Assembly (NCBI GenBank): GCA_965235115.1
Contig: OZ249436.1
Coordinates: 18,168,001-18,232,000 of the forward strand
DNA from: Laetmonice hystrix
Taxonomy: Eukaryota
Direction of reading: 5' to 3'
DNA: 64,000 nt
Shown: in pieces, positions 36,910 through 51,100 of the stretch
Layout: each line of letters begins with the position of its first letter
How positions within the stretch are numbered: the first letter of the stretch is position 1
Position numbers and translations under genes: made by a program
Notes under the pieces: generated by a model
Told to the model about the DNA's origin: nothing
Seen by the model: the letters and a program-made list of their open reading frames with translations, nothing else
Databases searched by the model: none

Positions 36910-39482
36910 TCCGATAGTGCCCATCGGCCTGTGTAGCCTTTGCTTTTGCCACGGAGGACATATCGTGGTCACGTTACATACATTTTGTGTGGACGGCCGT
37001 CCATTGCAGGAGCCGCTGGAGCAACGGTGTTTGCTCCGCCTCTGGTGGCCATGATTTCCAGGAGACAGGCTATACTGTGTGCCACTCATCTAGGGCCCGG
37101 GTCCGACTCCTACGCCTGGACGCTGGCACAGCTACCGTGGTGGGGGCCATGTGGTCAAGGATGGCTGTCAGCAAGGCCGTTGTACGCCAGACCCCCTCTA
37201 CCCCCACCTGTGGGAGGGCGCCGACGCCGACCCGCCCAGGTTGGGGGCGCCGCCGTCCACTTCACTTCACTCGGAACACCGACGCTGCTTCGGATTGGCT
37301 GTTTCTAGGTCATATCCAGAGGCGAACCAGGCCTCGGAGTTATGAAGCGTGTACCAACATGGCGAACTTCGTTGCACAGTCGTTACATGACGTCAGTCAG
37401 TCGAACGGTGCGCCGAGTGCACGACAGAAAGGCAATCGTTCCAAGAAAGGAGAAAGGACTCTCACAGACTACATATCACTCACGGCCCAAATAGGAACAT
37501 GCGCGCCACCTCACTCGTTAGCTTACTAGACCAGTGACATGAAGTAGGCCTAGGCCCATCAAAGATGGGCGTCAAGCAGTGATATTTCTTTATTTAAACT
37601 TACTCTGGGTGTTTGTCTTTGGATTAACCACCGGTTCGGCTGGTGCCATGGGGAAATCCGCCATATAGATTCTCCAAAGAAATACGCCTAGTTCAAGCGA
37701 TGTCCTCATTACCCATACGGCTCTGCGGCTTCCCCAAGGCCCCGTGCAGGATCTGTGATCGGTCATTTCAGCAAATGGGCGCGATCGTGAGCGTGGAGAA
37801 AAGGACATTACCACAGTGAGTCGCTGTAGACACTGTGTTTGGAATACGAACCGATTCATTCACAGAGAACTATGGAAATGACTCTCCTGGCCTTTATCTG
37901 GTCTGCGTAGTGCCCAGTAGATCCGGGCTCACAGACATTACATGAACATTATACCCATACTGCATATAGTTTTCTTCTGCACATGGACATGTACGACTTT
38001 AGAGACACTGGTGGTCATGGGGATCGTCCCATGATCTAGCAGACAGGCGCAAGTCTTGTACCAGAAGAACTTATCCTGCCTGTTCGCACGGATGTATCTA
38101 CCAGTCGTCATTTGTGGATTACTTCTTCATGATATGCTCTTATTGTGTCTATGTACCATATGTTACTCGGGTAGTTGACCCAAGGACGTATTAGCTTTAC
38201 GTCGATTAGCTGTTTGTGTACTGAGGTACGAATGTTGCTGATTCATTCTCCCACGTTTCATCCCCGGGTATAATTCGACAATTACAAGAAAAGTCGCACA
38301 AATCAAACAAAGCTGGAATTTTCAGCATTTTCGGACAATTTTCCAAATACTAGTATTCAAAATTTCAATCTGAAATTATTTAAGGAAAGCCTGGCGGGTG
38401 TGTAGGGGCACACATTACTACTTAGGGAGCTGACCGACCCCCGCCCACAGGCAGGAGGAAACACGCCAACCCACACATACAACGGGGCGGACTACCACGG
38501 ACTGACGACACACCCATCCACCCATCCTGTGGCCAGTGCGTAACCTTTGCGTGCTTTGTGTGCTTACGTATACGCCCTGGCATGATAACCAGGAGCAAAA
38601 CTCTTATTTTAGCTCAGGAGATTTAACCAATCACCGACAACCTTGCGACCAATCAGGACAGTTCTTACAAGCGCTCTTCAGCCAGATCTTAAATCAAAAC
38701 AAATCGCGGTCCCACTACACTCTCATTGCTACACTCTGTGAGCATCCTCCCACGCTCACCGCTTCCAGTGATTCCCACGATGCGTGATGCCCCTTGACAA
38801 CTCGTGCAAGATCGCTAAGGCACGTACGTTTGCAGTGTATATGAAAGAAGACAGATGGTTGTTGAAAGTTGTTTGACCATACGAGATGTGGCGTCACGAT
38901 GTCCCCGGGTCAGTGACGACAGACAGCTAGAACCGGGTTACCGGATGCCATCCACCCTGATTGGATGAAAGTGACGGCAGTGAATAAGTTCCCCTGGGCC
39001 AGCCACACAGGGACCTGTAAAACCAGCCCTGCAAGTCAAGGGAGTGAAGTGCGCGCCTTGAAAGACTTGGAACCCATGAACGAGGGGGCCAGGATTTGAG
39101 AGAGTAAATAGTTAGAATCGGCAACATTTCCGCTCCTCGTTCAGGAGATGGAAATAAACGTGGATATCCCTTGGATCATGAGAATCGGATCTTGGATTTC
39201 ATTGTGTTTCTGGCAATAGTGCAATAGTCCCTGTCAACGACAGAGGGTGCTCTCCCACTGCAACGCTAGCTTCCCTAAAACATTTTCACGGTCGAGAATG
39301 ACTTTATTTTTATAATCAATCAACATTCACGCAAACCGTGCACACATTATTCACAAACACACACGACCCCAACACAAGATCTTAATCTTTCTGAAACCGG
39401 GCCCTGGATTTCAATTGTTCAGTAGTAAGGTGGCGTCACCTTTGATGTGCCTGTACATTGTAACCGATGTCTATAGAGACAC

Positions 39483-39927
39483 CAGGGCCCCGTTGCTCCA
39501 GGATTCGTTATTACATTCTTTAAAGAAATTTACGATAATAACGGCCAAGTGTTGCTCTACATTATTTCGTATCGTATCTTATCGTAGAACAACGTGAAAA
39601 TTCTTACTTCCTAAGACAGCCTCAGGGGGCTGTCTTAAGAAGTAAGAGAGGATGATTATCGTATCGTATCATAATAAGAATTTAAGTTTTTCTCAATAAA
39701 ACCGGTGGCGTATGCAAGTCTTTAACCAAAACATGTCCCTCGAGTGTCATATTAGGTAACCACACACTTCAAAATGGATTTGGTAACGGTAATATTTATA
39801 AGATACGATAAGATACGAGGGTCCAGGAGCAACGCACAAATGCCTTAATCTTACAAAGCATCTTAAAAGGGCCTTAAAGAATAAGATTACGAAACGAACT
39901 ACGCAGATTAGGAGCAACAGGGCTCAG
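39483..39927. mobile_element. MITE (Harbinger-like, CAG TSD)
   Basis: cag|ggccccgttgctcc ... ggagcaacagggct|cag; internal tatcgtatc subrepeats. Confidence 0.75.
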
Positions 39928-39942
39928 AATAACAACTGCTAA

Positions 39943-40753
39943 AGGCCCTGTCACATCCTTTGACGATTTAGCCAGCGTATGCCGACGTACGAAGAATTTT
40001 GTGAATTGCTGGCATACGTCGAATAAGTTACGGGTAAGTTAAGAGCACGCTGATGAACGCTGATATACGTCGTAGTACGGTGAGGTCGTCGAGAAATTTT
40101 GTGCATGCACAAAATTTCGACGTATGCCAACGTATGGCTCATACGTCCCGCGTACGCGGGACATAAGTTGTAGGTACAAGTTATGCGATCGTTGACACAC
40201 GTTTAGACACGTTACTTGTAAGTTACTCATAAGTCGACATACGTCAAGATAATGTCTGGCGTACCCACAACTTATGTCCAACGTAGGCTACATGAGTAAC
40301 GTGCTTTGAACGTATTTGTAACTTATCTCCAACGCATATTGACGTATGTAGACGTATTGGACGTGTTCCGGACGACCACAGAACTCCATTCATAGAATAT
40401 AAAAAATAAACATAAAAACCTCCTCCCCCCCCCCCCGACCTGGAAAAAATTGACGTCACGTGATCGTCGGCGATTCACTGCCACACGCTATGCATACGTT
40501 AGACTATCGTTGGGCATACGTTGTGAACGCCGGCAACACGCTACACATTCGTTGGTATAAGTTGTCTATAAGTTATCGGAACGTTCTATATAAGTTACTA
40601 ATACGTTATGTATACGTCCAACTCGTTATGAATACGCTATGTATACGCCCAACTTTAAAAAAAAAACATCGAAAGTTCAGCGTATGCCAGCGTTTCAGAG
40701 AAATCTTATACGTCGGCATACGCTGGCTAAATCGTCAAGGTGTGACAGGGCCA
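39943..40753. mobile_element. ~810-bp PIF/Harbinger MITE with TAA TSD
   Basis: TIRs ggccctgtcacatcctttgacgatttagccagcgtatgccgacgta / tacgtcggcatacgctggctaaatcgtcaaggtgtgacagggcc; TAA on both flanks (39940-39942, 40754-40756). Confidence 0.88.
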
Positions 40754-41570
40754 TAAGGATTTATAGGGGCAAAATACGGCCTGACGGGGTGGATGTGTCC
40801 ATTCTTGAAGACCAAAATGCACGTGTATGACTAATGAAAACAACTTTGGACGTTACGTTGGATACCGACAGTCTGATATTGCCATGCACCTTTATAATGT
40901 GTATCATAACGTCAAGAACATTGAGTTTCAAATGCAAGAAGCCAATTTGGTCTCAAACTCATATTCTAAATCGATTTTACATACCGGTCATATTTAGGAG
41001 TTCATCTCAAGTTTCACTAGATGCTTCTGGCTCCCCTGGCTACGCCTTAAACGTTGCTGTGCATTATCTATGGATTTTGTTCTGGAGTTGCTCCCAAAAC
41101 GGCTGTGCACTCCCAACCCCGTGCGTCAAGGGGAATGGATCTCTAACCTCAACAGCCGAATTCCCAACATTTTCTGTTTAAGTGCGTCACGTTCCTAACC
41201 TTAAATTGAACTAATTGATCTCATGTAAAGAATTTGATTAAATATGATTTGGGAGACTACATCTGAGGTTTCGCTATATATTGATAGGACAATATATTAA
41301 TCTTACTGTTGGAAACCACCAAATTGAAAGGAGGCACCCAAGGTCGGGTATTCAATTAATGAAATAATTTCATCCTTTTTTTTGCATCGGATGATTTGAG
41401 TAAAATAAAAATATATATACATGATCAACACCCATACACAAAACTAACAGAAATTGTCTTAAGATTTTTAATCAACAAATTTTCGAACAAATGTACAGTG
41501 CTTTGGTATTCACTTGCTCATTTTTCATGCTCTTGGTCTTTGTATGTGATAAAAGGAATGTTCAGTATGA

Positions 41571-41669
41571 TAACAGTGTTCTGGTGGAGAAGGGTTAACG
41601 GCCATTTGAAACGTTCAGTACACTAACAGTGTTCTGGTGGAGAAGGGTTAACGGCCATTTGAAACGTTC
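41571..41669. repeat. Local tandem duplication (~46 bp x2), downstream of the DNAI1 stop
   Basis: taacagtgttctggtggagaagggttaacggccatttgaaacgttc occurs twice, 54 bp apart. Confidence 0.9.
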
Positions 41670-42127
41670 GTAGCCTTCGAGCTGGATTTTTCGTCCAGAA
41701 ATTTTACATTCCAGGATGGAATTAACAAAGACAGCTGTACTTCTCCGTGCATTCTATTCTTCATCTTACACCGACATCATTAATAATTTACAAATAACTA
41801 ATGGCAGACGATTAACTTTTGTACATAATAACATACTGGTATTGCCTTGGCACTGGCAATCATTACAAACGTCATACATCAAGATCATTGAGTCAGGTTT
41901 GGTGCTGGGTATAGTGGCTTACCATTTTGTATGTACAGAACTTAACGGCCACATTTCATTTGACTGTTAATTATGCCATTTACAATTAACAGCAATAATA
42001 TACACACTGAAAATGAAAAATATGTGGGGTTATCCGTTTCTTTAAACAAAGAAGGCATTTATGTCTATTAAAATAAATGCCGCTCATTGCAAGCTTATAC
42101 TTTGTCCCCTTCTTCAAGATCTTGTTA

Positions 42128-45100
42128 CTACTTTTTATCTTTTGGGTCTGGTTGGCGCACCATAGACAACAATTTATCCATCTTGTTCATCTCAAACTCC
42201 CGGCGTTGTGCTTCTTTCTCTGCCGGCTTCATCTGCTCGGCCCCTTTTTTTTCCTAAAACAGAACGGAATTCCAAAATGTTTATTTCTGTTTTCTAGAAA
42301 TGCATAGTAGCAGTAGAGGGCGTGAGGCTGGTTAACGCCCTGGCACGAAATATAAACAAAGAAGACAAAACCTAAAGGCCTTGGTCCACTAGCCCGCCCG
42401 GCTGACTGAGTTTGTTACGGTTGACCGTAGTGAATAAAAATGAAGTATGCAAGCAAGAGGATGCTTATTCAAAGGTATCCTATCACCCCTGCTTACAAAA
42501 TCATTGTCAGATTGGTTTATTCAATGTAAACATAAATAAGGTATCTAATGTCACTAGTCCATTACCGAGAAGAATGTTTTTCATATTTCGTTATGACTAA
42601 GGGCAGCCATACCCGTACAATGCCAAAATCAGCGAGCCAGCCAGACCAGTGGACTAAGGCTTTACTAGAAGTATTAGAAGATCTGGCTTTCTTCCATATC
42701 AGGCACCCTGTCACATGTTAGTTTCTGTGATAATTTAACTTGCATGCTGGGTGGCATTACTGAAGTCAGTTAAACATAACTTGTATGACTATATTGACTA
42801 TCTAGACATTAGACATGAGCTTAAACAGAGGTCATCAGCAGGCTTTAAGTAATTTTCATATCATCTTACAAGTGAGGCCTTGTGATTTAAGTTTAGTTGT
42901 GAATCGACAACATAGTTAAACAGCAAAACGCCTTTCTGATTGATTAAAAATTATACAAAATTGCGGTACTGGCACTCATACCATGACTATGGTGCATACA
43001 AATTATCTTAAATCAACCAAGGCAAATTTAAATTTTAAAGGTGAAAACCCGGCTTGAAAAATAATTATTTTCTTAAAGCTATTACCACATAAGACAGTCT
43101 TCAGTAATAATATCTAATTTTAACTCTTTTTGATAAAAACAAGTTGAAATGTTTTGTGGATGACACTTGCGGTAAACCTGTGAATTGTTTTTATCATGGC
43201 GTAATGATTGATAAATGTGTGATCAGGACCTCCCCTCCCTGGTAATGGTTCACAATCTGAATAAAAGTTGTCCCTTTGTTATGTGCAAAATCTCAGTTTT
43301 TCTTTGCATTAATTTCACTATTGAGAAGGCTTTATACTTTGAAATGTACAAAAACTTTGAAAGCATACAATATATTTTGTGTTTAGTATCTAATCTGATG
43401 CGCCAAAATGAAAGAAAGAGAGAGAGAAAAAAAAAGAAAGTTTTGAAAACTTCTAAAAGGAATAGGCTTAGAGTGAATGAATTCTGGACTAAATATAGTT
43501 AGAATCCATTATTGACAAAGGTGAATACAGTACATGGATCACCAACACACACCTAACAAGACGAGATGCAGTACATGCTAGAAGTAAAAGTAACTATAAC
43601 ATCTACTCAGACTACTGTTACAATTCAAAAAGAGACCTTCCACAAATGGGATCAGTACTATGTGCATCCCAAAAACGTTCTCCATCTAACTGTATGATTA
43701 AACGGTGAAATGTACAAACCAGGAACATTAGGAATGTACCACCAGCCTATATTATTGGAGATAAAAACGGTAAATCATGTCCATTAGAGCTGACATACAA
43801 GTTTAATTGATTTTTAGGCACGTCAAAAGAAGGTATTAAGGGTAAACTGTTTAAATATGTAAAATATATGACTATATCACATAAAAATTAAAAGAAAAAA
43901 AGGGGCTCCTAGTACACGTTCAAAGTTCTAAAGGAGAAAGAATGTCAATTTTTAACATGAAAGGAATCAGTAAAAGTTTTCCACCAACTATAACTTAACC
44001 TCCTGGTTTGTATTGAGTTATCACAATAATCGAGAACTATTAGTGATCAGGTGAAGTGTTATGTGAGCATGATGAGCATAACATCTGAAATAACAAACAT
44101 GATGATCGTGTGCCACTGCCTCTGCAAGCAGTTCTGTGTTTAAAGAAAAAAGACCCAACAAACTGAAAGATGATCGACTATCAGAGTCAGATACAGAACA
44201 GACTTAGAAGAGCGAGGAGTGGGGACAGGGGAGGAGGGTGGACGTCAAACAGAGAGGGAGGAAAAGGAGGAAAGAAGGAATTAGAGTCAACAATATTGAC
44301 ATTTGTCCATCGCATTTGCAGTCACACACTATAAATATTCATGACACAACGAGGTGACAGGCTGGTCTTGAGCATCCCTGTTACCTTCAGATCGTCATAA
44401 GGAGAAGCCATCTATTATGCAAAACAAGCATTTTGATCATGTCAGAGACACGGCACTATAAAGTATGTTCACCCCAACGACCCCGACAGTCGCCTGATTA
44501 AAGACAGTGACTGTGACCCTTCCCCAAGACCAGCTAGTTCACCATGTTTACTCCAGTACTATAGTCCACACCACCCCGCCCTCTTATTGGATGCCCTTGG
44601 TACTTTTATTCAGCAATTACAGACATCTTCATATATTTGAAGATATCTTCAATTCTTTTGAAGTTACATATCTTCAATTCTATGAAAGATATCTTTAATT
44701 CTATCAGATATATCTTCAATTAATTAATTTCAAGGTATCTGTAATTCAGCGAAATACAGATATCTGAAATTGAATTGAAGATATCTTTAATTCAGGAAAA
44801 TACTAACTGCTCCTGTCCACTGTATACAGAAAACCAAAATGGCGGATGTGAACGCCGTCGATTCAATTTTTTAACCTCTAATATTTCAAACAAAGGTCTT
44901 CAGTTTTTACCATAATGTCTAAGATATCGTGTTACCAAACGAACAGGAAAATCGTCTCTATTTTATACGCCTAATCTGAGTTTCATAATTGTCAACATTC
45001 TCTGCTCCACCATAAAGGTTATAAAGTGGGCAGGGGTCTACCAGTTGGTTTGAGTTTCTAGGCCACGCAGTTGGAATACTTACCGGTAACTCGAATGACT

Positions 45101-48100
45101 GTTACATTGCGACTCAACACACAGAAAGCCAGACTGGCTCTCGCTTGAGGAGCATTATTTCGATCACTATGAATTTAAGATCTTCAATTCATTTGCAGAT
45201 ATCTGTAGTTAAATTTCTTTAAATATTTGTAGATATCTGAAAATATTTGCAGATATCTGTAAACATTTAAAGATATCTCCAAAAGAATTGAACGCCGAAG
45301 ATTTAATCAGATATTTGAATATACCTATATTTAACGGCATCCCATACCCTGGAGCCATTCATTCTACAATAACATTAACACCGAGGGTGCAGAGAGACTG
45401 GATCACCCATCCTATCCCGTCACCCCCCCCCCCCCCGGCCATCAAAACCCCCGCCCACGTCCCCACCCTGGCCATCCCATGACACCGAATCGGTTTGCAT
45501 CAAGGTCAAAAATGTGGAGTTTCATCGAGATGTTGAGTGTTTTTTTTTATGTCATTTATACATTTTCAGATCTGATGTGTGAGGAGAGTGTTTGTCGACG
45601 TTAAAGCAAACAGCGACTATCTCTTCTTTCAATGATTCACTGTATTCTTCTAAGCTACTGTATCTACGTGATGTGCAGATTTGAGAAAAATATCTCTAGA
45701 TTTGGCATTATGGAAAATGGAAATGCCTTTTATATAGTTTTACACCTAAACTTAGTACTTTGACTATATGTCAACTTCAGTTTGCAGATTCCTGAATACA
45801 ATGCTTATTTGATAGAATTTTAGAATTTCTTAATGCAACGTTTGCACAGTGCTTGAATATATAGGATTGGTTGTGCCCATGTAAAAACTCTTTACCTGTA
45901 GTAGGCTGCTGTTTCTAACTTTAATATACAAAATATCGTGTCTATTGGGGTTTTTACATGAAGACGCGTTTATACTTGTAGCTACTATAACCAAACGATC
46001 CATCAGTTGTCATTGCTAGATGATTACACATGGGTAGTTAAACCGATTGTAAACAAGGTAACATGATATATTAGGTCGGTCCAAGTGATATCGCCATTGC
46101 ACTACAAAACATATAGAAATATTTCCTATAAAATAACGATGGCCAGATTCGTACAACCAGGGATAACACAGAACATAATTGGTTAAAGCGCCAACTGTTT
46201 ATGACAATGATAACGGCGAATGTTTATAAAACTGGCGGAATGTGAGATGGTATGCAGGCACAGTTCACTATACACCCACACAAATCATATCAAGAGATAC
46301 ATTTGATGTTCATAATGGCACTCTGCTTAAACCGACCTACCCACTTCTTTGGCTTTAGTTATGTAAATTTTGCATTTGATCTCTCTGTTTCCAAAACATT
46401 ACTACACAAAAGAAAACTTTTTAAAAATCCAAAAGGTATCTGGTAATATACCGGTACATTGTATATTCAAATGGGGCACTGGGGCACAAGAGGCTATTTA
46501 ATACATACCTTCGGTTGCTTTCTCAGGTTTGGCGACAGCTTAAGACTTGTCACATATCCTCTGCAGAAGAAAAAGGGGCAATACATATCTATTATAATTG
46601 TCACCTTGGATTTTATAGCCATATTGGATCGACATTATCAGTTATCCCACCTCCAACCTCTGCCCCCAAAAAGAAGATATGATTTTTTTTAGCAATGTAG
46701 CTGTACATCTCTATAAATTTCATCTTCCTAAGGGGCTGTGCTATGTCTGTTACATTATAACATACAACAACATAAAGAAAGCCAATTCCTGTGACCTACG
46801 ACTAATCTTTCTCCCTCGACCTATTTCCTCTAGGAAATAATGAATGAATAAATAATACTAAATAGCTAGCACGCACCTGTCATCACCCACAATGACAATG
46901 GGGAACTTGGGGTTGTAAGCAATATGGGTCAGCTTTGTCTTCTTCTTGGGCGTCACAAGCTGCTCACAGATGGGCTCGTACTTGTTTACATTCAGATCAA
47001 AGACATGCACCTGAAGAAGATGGGAGACAAGTGTAGTTTCCAACAATGTTCTTTTTGTTTGACGGTTTCAACATATTCCACAACAGTCCATCACTCAGGT
47101 ATCTAAGCAAGATTAGATTGTACAGACATAACATTCTGAAGTATTTATACCAAGTAATATCACTTGATCCAGAATACATGATGTGAACAAGTTTCCAATA
47201 CCTTGCCATCTGCAGTGACAGCAGCAAACACAGTCGAAGAGTAGGGCGCCCAGGCCACATCCCCCACCGGGCTGTTCAGGTCATAGGTGAATACAGGCTC
47301 CCTAGAAACGAAAATTGAAGGCTCAATGCTCGCCAACTCGCTCTCAGAACATCGCAGGAGACGGCGGCATCTCCGCCTTATTCCCATGGTGCATCTTTTG
47401 CCTGTAGTTTTCTGTCTCTAAGTTGTTGGTGATGTTTAGGGATAACCACTTTTAAAGGCACTAGATTTTTAAAATGTACCAAACGAATTCATTCCAGGCA
47501 AAATAATGGTAGAAAAAGATAAATCCCTAGTGGGGTTCGAAATTGCGTCCTATTGATTCAAGCGTGAGGAACGTCTGCCTTGTGTAAAAATTCCCAAAAC
47601 TGCCGAATTCAGACATTATTTTGTAAGTCTAGGTATCACGTCAGTAAACACAGCACATGCTTTCAGTGGGCAGGCCTTCTGAAACAAGTAGCGGTGAAAA
47701 ATTGTCTGAATCTCGTGGAAATCGCTGCTTATACGTCTCTACGGTAGTGCCAATAGTTTTTAATGTGTCTAGGCAATCCTCCCCATAATTTTTTTTTTTT
47801 TTGGGGGGGGGGGCTTGCTAGTCAGATACTTACTTCTTTACTTGTGTAGTATCCCATATTTTCACGCTCCAGTCATCGCTGCACGTAATAAACAACTTAG
47901 GATGGTAGATATTCCATGCTACCTGAAGTGTCAAATTTAACCATTTCACCTCAGGTTCAAAGTTCAGTGAAATAATGATTGTTCTCTCGATGCATTAAAA
48001 CTACTTGACTACAAAGATCTAGGTGATTTTGTGTGAAAAGTCCTGTTTATCAGTAGTTACTTTCTACCTTTTAAAAACTATTTTTTCAGAATGTTTCATG

Positions 48101-51100
48101 AAAAGTTTCAACTTGTATTACAAAACAGGGCCCCAGATTGGAGGTTATAAGATGTCACCTTATAAACAGCCATGTGATGAGCATTGTACGTGTCCAAGAA
48201 GGTCGAGGAGTAGGCCTTGGAGCACATGTGAATTTTACCCTCTTCTGTTCCAACAAGGAACATGTAGTCTTTTTCCCGGTGAAAGTCAAAAGCAGTGCCT
48301 CCAGCTATTGAAAAAACAATGGTCCAAAGAATCACAGATGAGGCAGTAAGTGAGTTAGGCACAAAAGTACATACAACAAATAAGCGTTAGTAATGCAAAG
48401 AAATATGATTTTTTTTTGGTGCTCCCCCTCCCTCTTTAGTAAAATCCTGGATCCGCCAGTGCACTATGCAATACATTCTGACCTATATGGTCTGATGCTG
48501 GACCTTTTTAATTAAATAACACTTCTCTTGTCTTATGGTCTGTTACACACACACACACACTAAGTTTTATTTTTATTGATTGTCGATATCGTTAACTTTA
48601 GTTGCGTCCTACGGACCAGTAATTACGGAGCCCTGTTGGGGACATGAAAAAAAAATTGTTTCAGAGAAAAACATTTGTGGTGATCTCGTAATTACTACTT
48701 AGTGATGTCAGTACCCATGCACACTAATTAATCATTACCATCGGGGTCACCTTAAATGCCATTAGGGACTTGTACCTCAACACACATATTCATATCCCAC
48801 CATCTTCTTTTATGGGGCATATATACAACCAGCTGGTTCCATGCCTTGAAAAGGGGATCTGTCCCTGTACTTGCACAAATTGGCACATCAAATACTGGGG
48901 AGTGAATGGTTGTTCAAGCAATTTAAATTCAAAGAACACTTCATATTTGAGATGAAATAAAACTTCAAAAACGGACACCTACAGATTTTCAAGCAAAATC
49001 ATGCAACTAAATGAGGAGGGAGAAGAAAGGGACAAATGAGGTTAACCTGTGTTATGATCACACAAGTAAAATGGAATATTCTAGTGCGTGTACCAATGTG
49101 CATGCGCTCGAGACACATGTGCAACAGGGCATTCTAGTAATATCCGCGTGGCGGCAGCACTGTCGCCCTGGTCCTCTTGGCTACACATTAGTATGACGTT
49201 AGATAGGAGGACGAAATGATAATCTGTAGCTGGATGCGTATAGACTATTTGTTATGAAAAATGATAACTCGATAGGCTCCACGATGTTGAAGAGCTCCTA
49301 AACGCACCATAATATTTCATAACAAATAGCACTACGGTACCCAGCTACAGATTAGAATTTCGTTCTCCTATCTAACGTCACACTAATGTGTAGCCAAGGG
49401 GACCGCGGCGATATTGCTGCCGCCACACAGAAAAGACAGTAACACAATTATTTAGAGTCTCCCAATCCTATCATTTTGACACACAATGTCCGTGACACAT
49501 TCAACGGTCCAACATATGTATAACTGCAGTACTACAAACTCATACACGACCTGTGACATCGAGGGTCAATCCTTAAGGTAAAAAACTAGGTTAGAAAATC
49601 TTTAACATTATTTCATTCCTTTAAAATATTTTAGTTTCTGGTGTGATTGTTAGAGGCAATATAACTCATTTGTACAAATTACGAAAGTAGAAAAAGAAAT
49701 TCCCTAAATGTGAGGAGTACACCCCTACTTAGTGGAGTTTTCTCCGCAATGATATCCTAGATTATACACATCAATAGATACTAAGAGTCAGAATGCGTAA
49801 AGAAATAAATGTATGGGAATTCATTATATGACTCTTTACCAAGAGCAACAAGTTGTGTTCCGTCTGGTCCCTCTACTGGACAGTCATCCAGCTTCAGTGT
49901 GATGACGTCATGGAAGTGGAGTTCATTCTGTGAAAATAGGGTACAAACTCATTCATCACTTTCAGCAATTACCAGGGGTGCTTCTCTAGATCTGTGTTTT
50001 ATAAGCCCTAATTATCAAATCGTCTCCAGGATTACTTGCAACTAGAAGACAAATTTATCAAGGTACAAAAGAACCTATTTTGAATTGCCATTTGTGAAAT
50101 AAAACTGGGACATTTTCTGACTCAAATGAGTAACTAAGCGAATCACAATTTGTGCAAACCAAGTAACAGGCTTATGCAACAGCTTTTATACCATAACTGT
50201 GACTGCTAATCCATTCCTCATAGTTGCTCATAATTTATGTAACTGAGCAATAGTGGTGTGTTAGTATAATATTTTCTGAATTAGGACTATTGGGTCATTC
50301 CATGTCAAATCGACCAATTTTGGAAAATCTTCCCGGGGGACCATCTTCGATTTCTTTCAAATTTGGCATGCAGTTAGACCTGTGTATTTGCAGTACAATC
50401 CTAAAATTTTGCTCCAAAATACCCAACGGTCTCCGAGTTACACCCCGATAAGCGAGGGTGGGGTTACCCCTGAACAAAGCACGTTTAATTCTGAGCCATT
50501 TTTAGAGGGCTATCATTCAGAAACTGTAAGAGCTGGCAACTTGTATTTTTCCCCACTGAAACTTCAATATGTAGAGACCAGGAAAAAGCTATAACATTTT
50601 ATTTCTTTGCTTATTCCTTGGAACACCATGCCCCCCAAAATAGAAAAAAACAGATCGGAGAAAAAAAAGTTCAATATTCAAACATTTTTCATGCGAAGGT
50701 TATTTCTTGTAACTTCTTGATTTTTGGGGATTTGATTTATGGCTATATGAGGTGCATGTAGACACCAAAATAATCTTCCAAAAATAGACACAGGTGGCGC
50801 CACTAGTGGCCAAAGTTGGCCGATCGCTAAATATGACCCATTTTGAGAGGCCATTTTACCCATGTGGCCAAGGTGGAAGAGCGTTGGGATATTTTTTCCT
50901 TGATAGTGCACATTTTTGCCATTAACAAAAACTAAGTCCCTAATCCCTTCCATACTTCCTTCCCTGTCAAATAATTTTTCAAATAATATCCATTTGAGTA
51001 AAGTTCACGCTGTGACGGGATATGAGGTACGTTGTTTTTATATCATAAAATTTTTTTATTATTTGCCAAAGAATTCTTGAAAGTGGTAAATATCCTAAAC

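Noticed and set aside
38580..39405. Harbinger transposase remnant inside a MITE-like segment
   Set aside because: Only a right-end-like terminus is visible and no DDE motifs could be recovered in any frame
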